DNA of 64,000 nucleotides, from positions 1,824,001 through 1,888,000 of the forward strand of contig CAXXVS010000003.1 in the NCBI GenBank assembly GCA_963674755.2, written 5' to 3'. The position numbers were made by a program, and so were the translations under genes. Position 1 is the first letter of the stretch; each line of letters opens with the position of its first letter. This stretch comes from Desulfobacterales bacterium. GTDB lineage: Bacteria; Desulfobacterota; Desulfobacteria; Desulfobacterales; UBA5852. This document shows, in pieces, positions 1 to 10,033 of the stretch. Under the pieces are notes generated by a model, which ran no database searches, had not been told where the DNA came from, and was given only the letters and a program-made list of their open reading frames with translations.

Positions 1-202
1 GTTTGGCCTTCCCAGTCTGCCGAGCTTTTTGGACACACCTGATAACATCCTTATACAGTCCGGTTTGCTCACAAATACACAAAGCATCCCATTTCCCCAA
101 ACTTTATAAACGATTAAACGCGAGCGCATCGGCTTAGCGAAGCTTCCAAACGGGTAGTTAAGCATTAAGCAGAACAACGAAGAAACGATTAGGAGGGGGG
201 GC

Positions 203-2473
203 ATGCCCGAGCAGCAACAATCCTTTATTGCGCTATCGCCATGGTGGCGGCGCAGCGTCGCAATCGTATTCCTGGTGGGCATGATCGGACTTATTACTAT
301 GTCGGTGCGTGCCTACCGGGACGCTCCTCCCATTCCGGCGAAAATTGTTGATTCCCGTGGCGAAGTTATCCTTGAGGGACGTGATATCGAGGCCGGTCAG
401 CAGGTATTTTTGAAATACGGATTGATGCAGAATGGTTCCATTTGGGGACATGGATCGTACCTGGGCCCGGATTTTTCGGCGGCCTACCTGCACGAATTGT
501 CTATAGAAACCGGTAAGGCCGTTGCCCGCCAGGAGTTCGGAACCGATCCAGCATTGCTTGATGCATCACAGATGGCCTTGGTTGATGCCCGTGTAAGCGC
601 ATTGCTCAAGGAAAATAGATACAACCACGCATCGAACCAACTGGTCTTTATCGAACCCGAAAAAGCCTCCTTTGAAAAACAATTGACGGCCTGGCGCGAC
701 TATTTCAAAGCGCCTATCCGCAATTCAGGACTTCCCAGCAATTACATCAGCGACCCCGATGAAATTCGCCAACTGACCGCCTTTTTTGCCTGGGCCGCAT
801 GGGCGAGCGTTGCTAATCGGCCCGGCAAAAACTATTCCTACACCAATAATTTCCCTTACGATCCGGCCGTCGGCAATCGCGTGACCAGCGACGCGATTCT
901 CTGGAGTGCGCTTAGTGTCGTCATGCTGTTGGCCGGGCTGGCGGTGGTGCTGTTTGTGTTCGGCAAATTCGACTACCTGGGTTGGAAGGGCGGGCCCGAG
1001 GGCACCTCACCGCATATGCTGCCGGGGGAGGCCACCGCCGGGCAGAAAGCCACCATCAAGTACTTTCTGATCGTAGCGCTGCTCTTCCTGGCCCAGGTAT
1101 TGATCGGGGGTGCCCTGGCGCACTACAAGGCGGAACCGGGAAGTTTTTACGGGATCGACCTCTCACAGTTTCTGCCGAGCAACATCTTGCGCACCTGGCA
1201 TTTGCAGCTGGCCATTTTCTGGATCGCCACGGCCTACGTCGCCGGCGGCCTTCTTTTGGCATCCTCCCTGAGCCGCAAAGAGCCGCAGGGGCATGTCGCC
1301 GGTGTTCATATGCTGTTCTGGGCTTTGGTCGTTCTGGTGGTCGGAAGCCTCATCGGGGAAATTCTGGGCATCCACCAGCTTTTCGGAAACCTGTGGGAGT
1401 GGTTCGGCCATCAGGGGTGGGAGTTTCTGGAACTCGGCCGGTTCTGGCAGGTGGTCCTGGTAATCGGTTTAAGCCTCTGGCTCCTGCTGCTCTATCGTCT
1501 TACCGCGCCGGCCCTGAAAGATCTGGAGCGCAAGGAAATCACGCTCCTCTTTTTGGGCGGGGCCGCGGCAATCCCCTTTTTCTATTTGCCGGCCTTCTTT
1601 TTCGGCAGCACCTCCAATTTCACGGTCGTGGATACCTGGCGCTTCTGGATCATCCATCTGTGGGTGGAAGGGTTTTTCGAGTTGTTCGTCACCGTCCTGG
1701 TCGCCGTGACCTTTTATCAACTGGGGGTGGTGAAGCGCATCAACGTGGTGCGCATCATCTATCTGGATGCCATCCTCTTTCTGGCGGGCGGCATCATGGG
1801 GACCGCCCATCACTGGTACTGGACCGGTCAGTCCAATTTCACCCTGGCCCTGGCCGCCATGTTTTCAGCCCTCGAAGTGGTGCCCCTGACCTTGTTGACG
1901 CTGGATGCCTGGGATTTCATCCGCCTTACCGGCACCGGTGAAAACGCAGAGGCACCCAAAAAAATAATCCCCCACAAATGGGCCTTTTATTTTCTCATGG
2001 CCGTGGGGTTCTGGAATTTCGTCGGGGCCGGGATTTTCGGGTTCTTGATCAACATGCCGGTGGTGAGCTATTTCGAAGCCGGCACCGTATTGACATTGAA
2101 CCACGGGCATGCGGCCCTCCTGGGTGCTTTCGGCATGCTGGCCATGGCCCTTCTTGTTCTTGGACTGCGCCACGTATTGACCGATGAACAATGGATCCTG
2201 CCGGAGAAATTCGTCAAGTTGTCGTTCTGGGGCTTGAACATTGGTCTGGCCTTGATGGTCAGCACCAACTTGTTTCCCGAAGGGGTGCTTCAAGTATGGG
2301 ATGTCCTCCAAAACGGCTATTGGCATGCCCGCAGTTTGGAATTCATCGCTGCTGACCACATCCGCACGCTGGAGTGGATCAGCATGCCGTCGCATCTGAT
2401 CCTGATCCTGCTGGGCGTCTGCCCGATGGTCGTCGCTTCGGGGTTGACCTACCTGCGAATGAAGCAGGCCTGA
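203..2473 (+). CDS. norB: Quinol-dependent nitric oxide reductase (qNor), single-subunit heme-copper oxidase family
   Basis: 756 aa polytopic protein with GSIWGHGSY, YTNNFPYDP, RTWHLQLAIFW, HLWVEGFFE, GTAHHWYW and HGH motifs; AGGAGG RBS upstream. Confidence 0.95.
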   Translation: MPEQQQSFIALSPWWRRSVAIVFLVGMIGLITMSVRAYRDAPPIPAKIVDSRGEVILEGRDIEAGQQVFLKYGLMQNGSIWGHGSYLGPDFSAAYLHELSIETGKAVARQEFGTDPALLDASQMALVDARVSALLKENRYNHASNQLVFIEPEKASFEKQLTAWRDYFKAPIRNSGLPSNYISDPDEIRQLTAFFAWAAWASVANRPGKNYSYTNNFPYDPAVGNRVTSDAILWSALSVVMLLAGLAVVLFVFGKFDYLGWKGGPEGTSPHMLPGEATAGQKATIKYFLIVALLFLAQVLIGGALAHYKAEPGSFYGIDLSQFLPSNILRTWHLQLAIFWIATAYVAGGLLLASSLSRKEPQGHVAGVHMLFWALVVLVVGSLIGEILGIHQLFGNLWEWFGHQGWEFLELGRFWQVVLVIGLSLWLLLLYRLTAPALKDLERKEITLLFLGGAAAIPFFYLPAFFFGSTSNFTVVDTWRFWIIHLWVEGFFELFVTVLVAVTFYQLGVVKRINVVRIIYLDAILFLAGGIMGTAHHWYWTGQSNFTLALAAMFSALEVVPLTLLTLDAWDFIRLTGTGENAEAPKKIIPHKWAFYFLMAVGFWNFVGAGIFGFLINMPVVSYFEAGTVLTLNHGHAALLGAFGMLAMALLVLGLRHVLTDEQWILPEKFVKLSFWGLNIGLALMVSTNLFPEGVLQVWDVLQNGYWHARSLEFIAADHIRTLEWISMPSHLILILLGVCPMVVASGLTYLRMKQA

Positions 2474-2571
2474 TTGCCAAGCCCCTTTCGGGCGATGACG
2501 AGCCTTTACTGCAATAACGCTGCGCCGCTCAGACACAGCGGCCCTAAATTCAGCAAACGGAGGACAACCGC

Positions 2572-3111
2572 ATGCAAGCACGTGGACCACTCATGATCGA
2601 GCATCGTCTTATTGAACGGATGCTTTCCGTTATTAGAAAAGCCCTTTCCGAAACCGAAGCAAGACACAAGATTGATCCGGTGTTCGTTGACACCGCGGTT
2701 GATTTCATCCGGGTTTATGCCGACCGGACGCACCACGGTAAGGAAGAAGATATCCTCTTTCGCGCATTGAAAAATAAGCAGCTGACAGCAGAGGATCGCC
2801 AAATTATGGAAGAACTGATTGAAGAGCATGTATTCGGTCGCCAAACAACCAAAGCACTTGTTGAAGCCAACACCCGATACCGGAATGGAGATCCGACCGC
2901 CCTGGCCGATATAGCCGCGAACCTTCAAACCCTTACCGCGTTCTATCCCAAACATATCGAGAAAGAAGATAAAGTGTTTTTCCCTTCATCCAGAGACTAT
3001 TTTACGGATGACGAGGATCAGGCCATGCTGGCAGCGTTCCGGGAATTTGATCGAAGTATGATTCATGAAAAATACGAATTGCTGGTCGATCAATTTGAAA
3101 AGCGGCAATAG
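2572..3111 (+). CDS. Hemerythrin/HHE cation-binding domain protein
   Basis: EHRLI, HHGKEEDILF, EEH and HIEKEDKVFFP motifs; GGAGG RBS. Confidence 0.9.
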   Translation: MQARGPLMIEHRLIERMLSVIRKALSETEARHKIDPVFVDTAVDFIRVYADRTHHGKEEDILFRALKNKQLTAEDRQIMEELIEEHVFGRQTTKALVEANTRYRNGDPTALADIAANLQTLTAFYPKHIEKEDKVFFPSSRDYFTDDEDQAMLAAFREFDRSMIHEKYELLVDQFEKRQ

Positions 3112-3340
3112 CGTCCAAGAAGTAAGTGCACCGTCCTGTCATTTTGCTGACATTTTACGACAGCAGATGACCGGTCAACGCAGCAGCTATTCCCTGCCGG
3201 CATGTAATTCAGGCGAACTAGCTTAATCCTGAAGCGCGGTGTGACATTTTGGGTCGACAGGGCATAGTCGGAAACCTGTGTGATTTAGGCTAAAAAGAAT
3301 AACACGAAATCGCATATTTTGGATGGAAAACAGCAAGTAT

Positions 3341-3354
3341 TTGACTTAGATCAA
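3341..3354. promoter_or_regulatory. FNR/Dnr-type binding site upstream of narG
   Basis: TTGACTTAGATCAA, one mismatch to TTGAT-N4-ATCAA, in the AT-rich nar promoter region. Confidence 0.7.
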
Positions 3355-3399
3355 ATCATTTTATTTATAAATTGATTACTAATGGTTTAGCACTACCGT

Positions 3400-3461
3400 T
3401 CCAATTCTAACTGATCATTTGATTTTCCACTCCAATTCTAACTGATCATTTGATTTTCCAC
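3400..3461. repeat. Perfect 31-bp tandem duplication in the nar leader/promoter
   Basis: TCCAATTCTAACTGATCATTTGATTTTCCAC at 3400-3430 and 3431-3461. Confidence 0.95.
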
Positions 3462-3589
3462 CTGTGTTAAAAAAGTATCTGTTCGCTCACATTGATGCCC
3501 AAGGCAATCTTGTCCAAACAGCTTTGATATATCCACCAGCCGATTGATCTGCACGCATTTTTTTCACGTCAACAGAGGAGGAGTCTCCA

Positions 3590-6500
3590 ATGGCAGAATC
3601 GTTGCTCTTTTCAAAACTCCGGTTCCTTCGGCCCAAGCGTAGCAATCATGGCTGCCAAGAAGAAAAAAGTGAGGACCAGTGGGCGGAAATCCGCTGCGGC
3701 CAGCGGGAGTGGGAGGATTTATACCGGCGGCGCTGGCAATACGACAAGAAGGTGCGTTCCACCCATGGGGTCAACTGCACCGGTTCCTGTTCCTGGGACG
3801 TCTATGTCAAGGACGGTATTCTGGTATGGGAAACCCAGGCCACGGACTATCCGGCCTGTGGTGAAGGCTATCCCAATCACGAACCGCGCGGCTGTCCCCG
3901 CGGTGCCACCTACTCGTGGTACACTTACAGCCCGGTCCGGTTGAAATACCCCTTGATTCGCTCCAGCCTGCTACAGATGTGGCGCGAGGCCCTGGATCAA
4001 TACACCGATCCCGTGGCCGCCTGGGAAAGCATCGTCAGCGATGAAGAAAAACGTCATCGGTTCCAGCGTGAGCGTGGCAAGGGGGGCTTCGTCCGGGCCA
4101 CCTGGGACGAGGCGGCCACCATGATCGCTGCCGGCTTGATCCACACCATCAAGGAATACGGGCCGGACCGTATCTTCGGGTTCTCGCCGATCCCGGCCAT
4201 GTCCATGGTGTGCTACGCCTCGGGAGCCCGCTTCCTGTCGCTGATCGGCGCCTCCATGATCAGTTTCTACGACTGGTACTGCGATTTGCCGCCGGCCTCG
4301 CCCCAGATCTGGGGCGAACAGACCGACGTGCCTGAGAGCGCCGACTGGTTCGAATCGTCCTATTTCATCGTCTGGGGCACCAATCTGCCCATGACCCGCA
4401 CGCCGGATGCCCACTTCTACAGCGAAGCCCGCTACCGCGGCGCCCGGGTGGCGGCGGTGGCCCCCGACTATGCCGAGTATGTCAAATTCGCCGACACCTG
4501 GCTGCCGGCCAAAGCGGGCACCGATGCGGCCCTGGCCATGGCCATGACCCATGTCATCGTCAAGGAATTCTACATCGACCGCCAGGTGCCCTATTTCATC
4601 GATTACGCCAAACGTTACACCGACCTGCCCTTCGCGGTGGTTCTGGAGAACGCCGATGACCATCACACCCCCGGACGGTTTCTGCGGGCCGCCGACCTGG
4701 GCAGCGATACCAACAACACCCAGTGGAAAACAGTGGTATACGACAGTGCCGGGAAGCGCTTTGCCGTTCCCAACGGCAGCATAGGATTCCGCTGGAACGA
4801 GGAGGGCAGCTGGAACCTCAAGATGGAGGAGGATGGACGGCCGATCGATCCGATGCTCAGCTTCGCGGACCAGTCCGACGGGTGGCAGGAAGTCGCCTTC
4901 CCTATATTCGAAACCGTCGATGCCGGAATAAAAAAGGGCGTTGTGCCCTTTAAAACGATCACCACCGCATCGGGGAAGCTGCGGGTAACAACGGTCTTCG
5001 ACCTCATGGCTGCCAACCTGGGCGTCGCGCACCCCCGCGCATCGTCGAACACCGCCGATTATCCCGCCGACTACACGGATCTCAAGCCCTACACACCCGC
5101 CTGGCAGGAGGCCGTTACCGGCGTGCCGGCCGAGGACGCCATCCGGGTGGCTCGGGAGTTTGCCGACAACGCCGCCAAGACCCGCGGCAAATCCATGATC
5201 TTTTTAGGCGCCGGTACCAACCACTGGTATCACAGCGACATGATCTATCGCACAATCATCAACCTGGTCACCCTTTGCGGCTGCCAGGGGGTCAACGGCG
5301 GTGGTTGGGCGCATTACGTGGGGCAGGAGAAGGTGAGACCCCAGGCGGCCTGGTCCCAGCTGGCCTTCGGTCTCGATTGGCGCCGACCGCCGCGCTTGCA
5401 GAACGGGACGTCGTTTTACTATTTTGCCAGCGACCAATGGCGCTATGACGGCCAGCAGCCCGGGACGGTGCTTAGTCCCCTGGCGCGTCAGAAGCCGTTG
5501 GCGCACATGGCCGACTACAACGTGACGGCGGCCCGTCTGGGATGGCTGCCTTCCTATCCCCAGTTCGATCAAAATCCCATCGCGATCGTCCGCGATGCCG
5601 TTACGGAGGGCGCCGTTTCGGACGAGCAGATTGCGGCTTTTGCCGCCGAAAAGCTCAAAAATGGAAAGCTGAATTTTGCCATCGAAGATCCGGATCATCC
5701 CGCCAACTTTCCGCGCGTGCTTTTCCTCTGGCGCGCCAACCTGCTGGGTGCCAGCGGCAAGGGCCACGAATATTTTCTCAAGCATCTGCTGGGGGCCGAC
5801 CATGCTGTCTTGAACACGGATAGCGAACTGCGACCGGAGCAGATCAAATGGCGCGAACCGGCCCCGGAGGGCAAGCTGGATCTGCTGGTGACGCTGGAAC
5901 TGCGCATGTCCACCAGCGCCATGTACGCCGATATCGCCCTGCCGGCCGCTGGCTGGTATGAGATGCACGACCTGAATACCACCGACATGCACCCCTTCAT
6001 CCACCCCTTCAATCCGGCCATCGATCCGCCCTGGGAGACGCGCACCAACTGGGAGCAGTTCAAAACCATTGCCGCGAAATTCTCGGAGATGGCCGCCGAA
6101 CATCTCGGAGAGGTCAAGGACTTGGTGGCCACCCCCCTGATGCACGACAGCCCCGGTGAAATCGCTCAACCGGATGTTCGGGACTGGAAGAAGGGCGAAT
6201 GCGATCCCCAGCCAGGCAAGACCATGCCCAACCTGACCGTGGTGACCCGCGATTACGCCAATATCTATCGAATGATGACGTCACTGGGACCATTGGCGGT
6301 CTCCGCGGGGGTCGGTTCGAAAGGCATCATGTGGAAGGCTGAGGAAGAAGTTGAATCGCTGAAGCATTCTCTGGGGAAAGTGACCGAAGAGGGTGTCTCC
6401 CACGGGCAGCCTTCGATTCAGACGGCCAAGCAGGCGGCCGAAACCATCCTGGCACTCGCCCCGGAGACCAACGGCGAAACGGCGGTCAAGGCGTGGAAGG

Positions 6501-7288
6501 GCGTGGAAAAACGGACCGGGCTGTCCTTGCAGCATCTCAGCCTGCGCCGCCAGGGCGAGCGGTTTCGCTTCGACGACCTGAGCGTCCAACCGCGCAAAAT
6601 CATTACCTCGCCGATCTGGAGCGGCATCGAATCCGAAGAGCGGCGCTATTCACCTTTCGTGATCAACATCGAAGAGAAAGTACCGTTCCGGACGTTGACG
6701 GGGCGCGCCCAGTTTTACCAGGATCACCCCTGGATGCGCGATTTCGGCGAACACCTGCCGCTCTACCGGCCGCCGGTGGATATGGCCGGCCTGGAGCCGC
6801 AAGGGGTTGTGCGGGAACCAGACCGGGAGATCGAGCTCAATTACCTGACTCCCCATTCCAAGTGGTCCATTCACAGCACCTATTCGGACACCCTGACCAT
6901 GCTGACGCTCTTCCGGGGCGGGGAGGCCATCTGGATCAACGACGAAGACGCCCGCAAAATTGCCATCAAGGACAACGACTGGCTGGAATGCTTCAACGCC
7001 AACGGGGTGGTCATGGCCAAGGCCGTGGTCAGCCCGCGCATCCCGCCGGGCAAGGCCTTCATGTACCATGCCCAGGAGCGGTTGATTAACACGCCGGGAT
7101 CGGGTGTGTCCGGCAAGCGCGGTGGCACCCACAACAGCGTCACCCGCATCGTGGTGAAACCCACGCACATGATCGGCGGCTATGCCCAGCTGAGTTACGG
7201 GTTTAACTATTACGGCCCCATCGGGTCCCAACGCGACGAGACCATCATCGTGCGCAAAGCCGGGGAGGTGGACTGGTATGAAGATTAA
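3590..7288 (+). CDS. narG: Respiratory nitrate reductase alpha subunit
   Basis: STHGVNCTGSC FS0 motif, EPRGCPRG, SFYDWYCDLP, GFNYYGP; no intact Tat motif, so cytoplasm-facing type. Confidence 0.97.
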   Translation: MAESLLFSKLRFLRPKRSNHGCQEEKSEDQWAEIRCGQREWEDLYRRRWQYDKKVRSTHGVNCTGSCSWDVYVKDGILVWETQATDYPACGEGYPNHEPRGCPRGATYSWYTYSPVRLKYPLIRSSLLQMWREALDQYTDPVAAWESIVSDEEKRHRFQRERGKGGFVRATWDEAATMIAAGLIHTIKEYGPDRIFGFSPIPAMSMVCYASGARFLSLIGASMISFYDWYCDLPPASPQIWGEQTDVPESADWFESSYFIVWGTNLPMTRTPDAHFYSEARYRGARVAAVAPDYAEYVKFADTWLPAKAGTDAALAMAMTHVIVKEFYIDRQVPYFIDYAKRYTDLPFAVVLENADDHHTPGRFLRAADLGSDTNNTQWKTVVYDSAGKRFAVPNGSIGFRWNEEGSWNLKMEEDGRPIDPMLSFADQSDGWQEVAFPIFETVDAGIKKGVVPFKTITTASGKLRVTTVFDLMAANLGVAHPRASSNTADYPADYTDLKPYTPAWQEAVTGVPAEDAIRVAREFADNAAKTRGKSMIFLGAGTNHWYHSDMIYRTIINLVTLCGCQGVNGGGWAHYVGQEKVRPQAAWSQLAFGLDWRRPPRLQNGTSFYYFASDQWRYDGQQPGTVLSPLARQKPLAHMADYNVTAARLGWLPSYPQFDQNPIAIVRDAVTEGAVSDEQIAAFAAEKLKNGKLNFAIEDPDHPANFPRVLFLWRANLLGASGKGHEYFLKHLLGADHAVLNTDSELRPEQIKWREPAPEGKLDLLVTLELRMSTSAMYADIALPAAGWYEMHDLNTTDMHPFIHPFNPAIDPPWETRTNWEQFKTIAAKFSEMAAEHLGEVKDLVATPLMHDSPGEIAQPDVRDWKKGECDPQPGKTMPNLTVVTRDYANIYRMMTSLGPLAVSAGVGSKGIMWKAEEEVESLKHSLGKVTEEGVSHGQPSIQTAKQAAETILALAPETNGETAVKAWKGVEKRTGLSLQHLSLRRQGERFRFDDLSVQPRKIITSPIWSGIESEERRYSPFVINIEEKVPFRTLTGRAQFYQDHPWMRDFGEHLPLYRPPVDMAGLEPQGVVREPDREIELNYLTPHSKWSIHSTYSDTLTMLTLFRGGEAIWINDEDARKIAIKDNDWLECFNANGVVMAKAVVSPRIPPGKAFMYHAQERLINTPGSGVSGKRGGTHNSVTRIVVKPTHMIGGYAQLSYGFNYYGPIGSQRDETIIVRKAGEVDWYED

Positions 7289-8702
7289 AGCGCAATATGC
7301 CATGGTGCTCAACCTGGACAAGTGCATCGGCTGCCACACTTGCAGCATCCCCTGCAAGAACGTGTGGACCAACCGCGAGGGTGCCGAGTACATGTGGTTC
7401 AACAATGTGGAATGCAAACCCGGCATTGGCTACCCCCAACAATGGGAGAACCAGGAGCGCCACCGGGGGGGCTGGGTCCTGCATGGCGCCCGCCTGCGGC
7501 TGAAAGCCGGCGGGCGGCTGCACAAGGGGCTCAATATCTTTCACAATCCCGACCTGCCCACCATCGACGAATACTATGAACCATGGGACTATGACTATGC
7601 CCGCCTGATCGACAGCCCCAAACGCAAGCACCAGCCCTCGGTGCGGCCACGTTCGCGGTTGACCGGCGAACCCATGACCCTCAAGTGGGGCCCCAACTGG
7701 GAGGACGATCTGGCCGGTCTGGCCGAAACCGGCCTGAAGGATACGAATTTCAAGAATCTGGAGGTTGCCGCCTATCTCCAGTTCCGCAACGTCTTCATGT
7801 TCTGGCTGCCGCGCCTCTGCGAGCACTGCCTCAATCCGGCCTGTGTGGCTTCCTGCCCCTCCGGAGCCCTCTACAAGCGCGAGGAGGACGGCATCGTGCT
7901 GGTGGACCAAGAGCGTTGCCGGGGATGGCGTTACTGTGTGTCGGGCTGTCCCTACAAAAAAGTCTATTTCAACTGGAAGACCGGGCGCGCGGAAAAGTGC
8001 ATCTTCTGCTATCCTCGTGTCGAAGCTGGCCTGACAACCCTGTGCGCGCATAGCTGCGTGGGGCGCATCCGTTACGTCGGTGTCCTGCTTTACGATATGG
8101 ATCGGCTGGCCCAAGCCGCATCGACCGCTTCCGACCAGGCCGTCTATCCGGCTCATCTGGACCTTCTGCTGGATCCCAACGATGCCGATGTTCGCCGTTC
8201 CGCCGCTTCCCAGGGGATTGCCCCGAACGTGCTGGCGGCCGCCGAACGATCGCCGGTGTATGCGTTGATCAAGGAGTGGCGGTTGGCCCTGCCGCTGCAC
8301 CCGGAATTTCGCACCCTGCCCATGGTGTGGTATGTGCCGCCGCTTAGCCCCGTCAGCCGGCAGGTGGCGCCTTCCCAGGAAGCGGATGCGATCGATCGTA
8401 TGCGAATCCCTATAACGTATCTGGCCAACCTGCTGACGGCCGGTGACGAGGCGCCCGTCCGCCATGCCCTGCGGCGCCTCTCGGCCGTTCGGCAGCACAT
8501 GCGGAACCAACGGGTGGAAAATCGATCCGATACGCAGGGACTCGATGCCGTGGGGCTCACCAGGGAAGAGACGGAAAAGATCTATCGCCTGCTGGCACTC
8601 GCTTACCTGGAAGATCGTTTTGTGCTGCCCACCAAACCCCAAATTCAAGATCGAGGGCCTTACGTCCATCAGGGCCGCTGCGGTTTCGGGGAGGCGCTAT
8701 GA
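7278..8702 (+). CDS. narH: Respiratory nitrate reductase beta (Fe-S) subunit
   Basis: LNLDKCIGCHTCS, PRLCEHCLNPACVASCP, CRGWRYCVSGCPY; overlaps narG stop. Confidence 0.97.
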   Translation: MKIKAQYAMVLNLDKCIGCHTCSIPCKNVWTNREGAEYMWFNNVECKPGIGYPQQWENQERHRGGWVLHGARLRLKAGGRLHKGLNIFHNPDLPTIDEYYEPWDYDYARLIDSPKRKHQPSVRPRSRLTGEPMTLKWGPNWEDDLAGLAETGLKDTNFKNLEVAAYLQFRNVFMFWLPRLCEHCLNPACVASCPSGALYKREEDGIVLVDQERCRGWRYCVSGCPYKKVYFNWKTGRAEKCIFCYPRVEAGLTTLCAHSCVGRIRYVGVLLYDMDRLAQAASTASDQAVYPAHLDLLLDPNDADVRRSAASQGIAPNVLAAAERSPVYALIKEWRLALPLHPEFRTLPMVWYVPPLSPVSRQVAPSQEADAIDRMRIPITYLANLLTAGDEAPVRHALRRLSAVRQHMRNQRVENRSDTQGLDAVGLTREETEKIYRLLALAYLEDRFVLPTKPQIQDRGPYVHQGRCGFGEAL

Positions 8703-9319
8703 TCGGAAAAGCAAAAGCAGGAAATGAAATGGTCGATGCGCGCGGCGTTGCCTTCAGGGTGCTGGCGTTGCTGCTGCACTATCCCGACGGCGAGCTCTTC
8801 GACAACCTGGGGGAGATCGCTTCGGTTGCCGGACATGTGCAGCCAACGGGGATGCAATCCGCCATCCAGACGTTCGTCGAATATCTGAGGCAGCAACCGC
8901 TCATCCAGGCCCAGGAGCGCTATACGGCCGCTTTCGATGTGGATCCGGCCGCAACCATGAACCTGACCTACCATATTTATGGGGACAACGAAGAACGGGC
9001 GGCAGCGCTGGCCCGGCTGCAGCGCAACTATGAACGGGCCGGCTGGGAGCGGGCCACGGGGGAGTTGCCCGATTATCTGCCGTTAATGCTCGAGTTCCTT
9101 GCGGTATGCGGGCATCCTGAGCATGCTGAGGTTGTTTGGGAAGGTCTTCAGGGCCTCGGCAAATTGACCGCGCACCTGGAGAAAGAAGCACCGGTCTATG
9201 CCTCCCTGCTGCATCCGCTGACCCAAATGGCCGCCGACAGGAAGAGAGGGCCGTCCAACAGCGACGGTCCGGGGGAAACCACTCCAATCCGCAGGAGATG
9301 CGCCCATGAGCTTCTATGA
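8699..9319 (+). CDS. narJ: Nitrate reductase Moco-assembly chaperone
   Basis: LLHYPD, QERYTAAFD, GELPDYLPLMLEFLA; between narH and narI. Confidence 0.92.
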   Translation: MIGKAKAGNEMVDARGVAFRVLALLLHYPDGELFDNLGEIASVAGHVQPTGMQSAIQTFVEYLRQQPLIQAQERYTAAFDVDPAATMNLTYHIYGDNEERAAALARLQRNYERAGWERATGELPDYLPLMLEFLAVCGHPEHAEVVWEGLQGLGKLTAHLEKEAPVYASLLHPLTQMAADRKRGPSNSDGPGETTPIRRRCAHELL

Positions 9320-9983
9320 TACACTGCTGTTTACCGTTTTTCCATATTTGTGTCTTACGGTCTTCGTCCTCGGACACGGCTACCGTTATGTGACCGACCG
9401 GTATGGATGGAACGCCCGTTCCAGTGAGTTTTTGGATAAAGACGCGCTGCGCTATGGTTCCGTCCTGTTTCATGTGGGCATTCTTCTGACCTTGGCCGGC
9501 CACACCGGCGGTCTTTTGATCCCCCAATATGTGTTTGACCGGGTGGGAATCGACAGCAAGGCCCATCTTACCGTTGCTTACTGGTCCGGGCTGGGCGTCG
9601 GGATAGCCGCTTTTGTCGGATCGCTGTTGCTGCTGTGGCGTCGTATCGGCAACCAGCGCGTAAAGGCGGCCGGCACGGCCAATGACCTGGCGACGCTTGG
9701 CGGACTTGTGATTGTTGTCGGTCTGGGGCTCTACAACGTCATATTCGGCCATTTCAATGTTCTCGATACGGTGGCGCCCTGGATCCGCGGCATACTCACT
9801 TTCCAGCCCGCGCCGGCGTTGATGCAGATGGTGCCCATCAGCTACAAGCTTCACATTCTCACGGCTTTGACATTGCTGGCCTTTTCGCCCTTCAGCCGCC
9901 TGGTTCACATCTGGAGTGCCCCGGTTTTCTTTTTTTTCCGGAGTCCCATCGTCTTCAGGCGCAAAACCGGGTGGTCGCGGTGA
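9306..9983 (+). CDS. narI: Respiratory nitrate reductase gamma (cytochrome b) subunit
   Basis: FPYLC, WNARSSEFL, LFHVGI..GH, KLHI, PFSRLVHIWSAP. Confidence 0.95.
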   Translation: MSFYDTLLFTVFPYLCLTVFVLGHGYRYVTDRYGWNARSSEFLDKDALRYGSVLFHVGILLTLAGHTGGLLIPQYVFDRVGIDSKAHLTVAYWSGLGVGIAAFVGSLLLLWRRIGNQRVKAAGTANDLATLGGLVIVVGLGLYNVIFGHFNVLDTVAPWIRGILTFQPAPALMQMVPISYKLHILTALTLLAFSPFSRLVHIWSAPVFFFFRSPIVFRRKTGWSR

Positions 9984-10033
9984 GGGGAACTGCCGGCGCT
10001 CGACCGATGAAATCAACAGAAAGGGAGGCGGAG

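Noticed and set aside
203..2473. NO dismutase (Nod) assignment
   Set aside because: FeB ligands (HLWVEG, GTAHH) and the AHY..E..F residues are canonical qNor
3320..3335. Sigma54 promoter for narG (GG-N10-GC)
   Set aside because: TGGATGGAAAACAGCA lacks the TGGCAC and TTGC context; likely chance
3400..3461. CRISPR array
   Set aside because: Two abutting copies, no spacer, no cas genes
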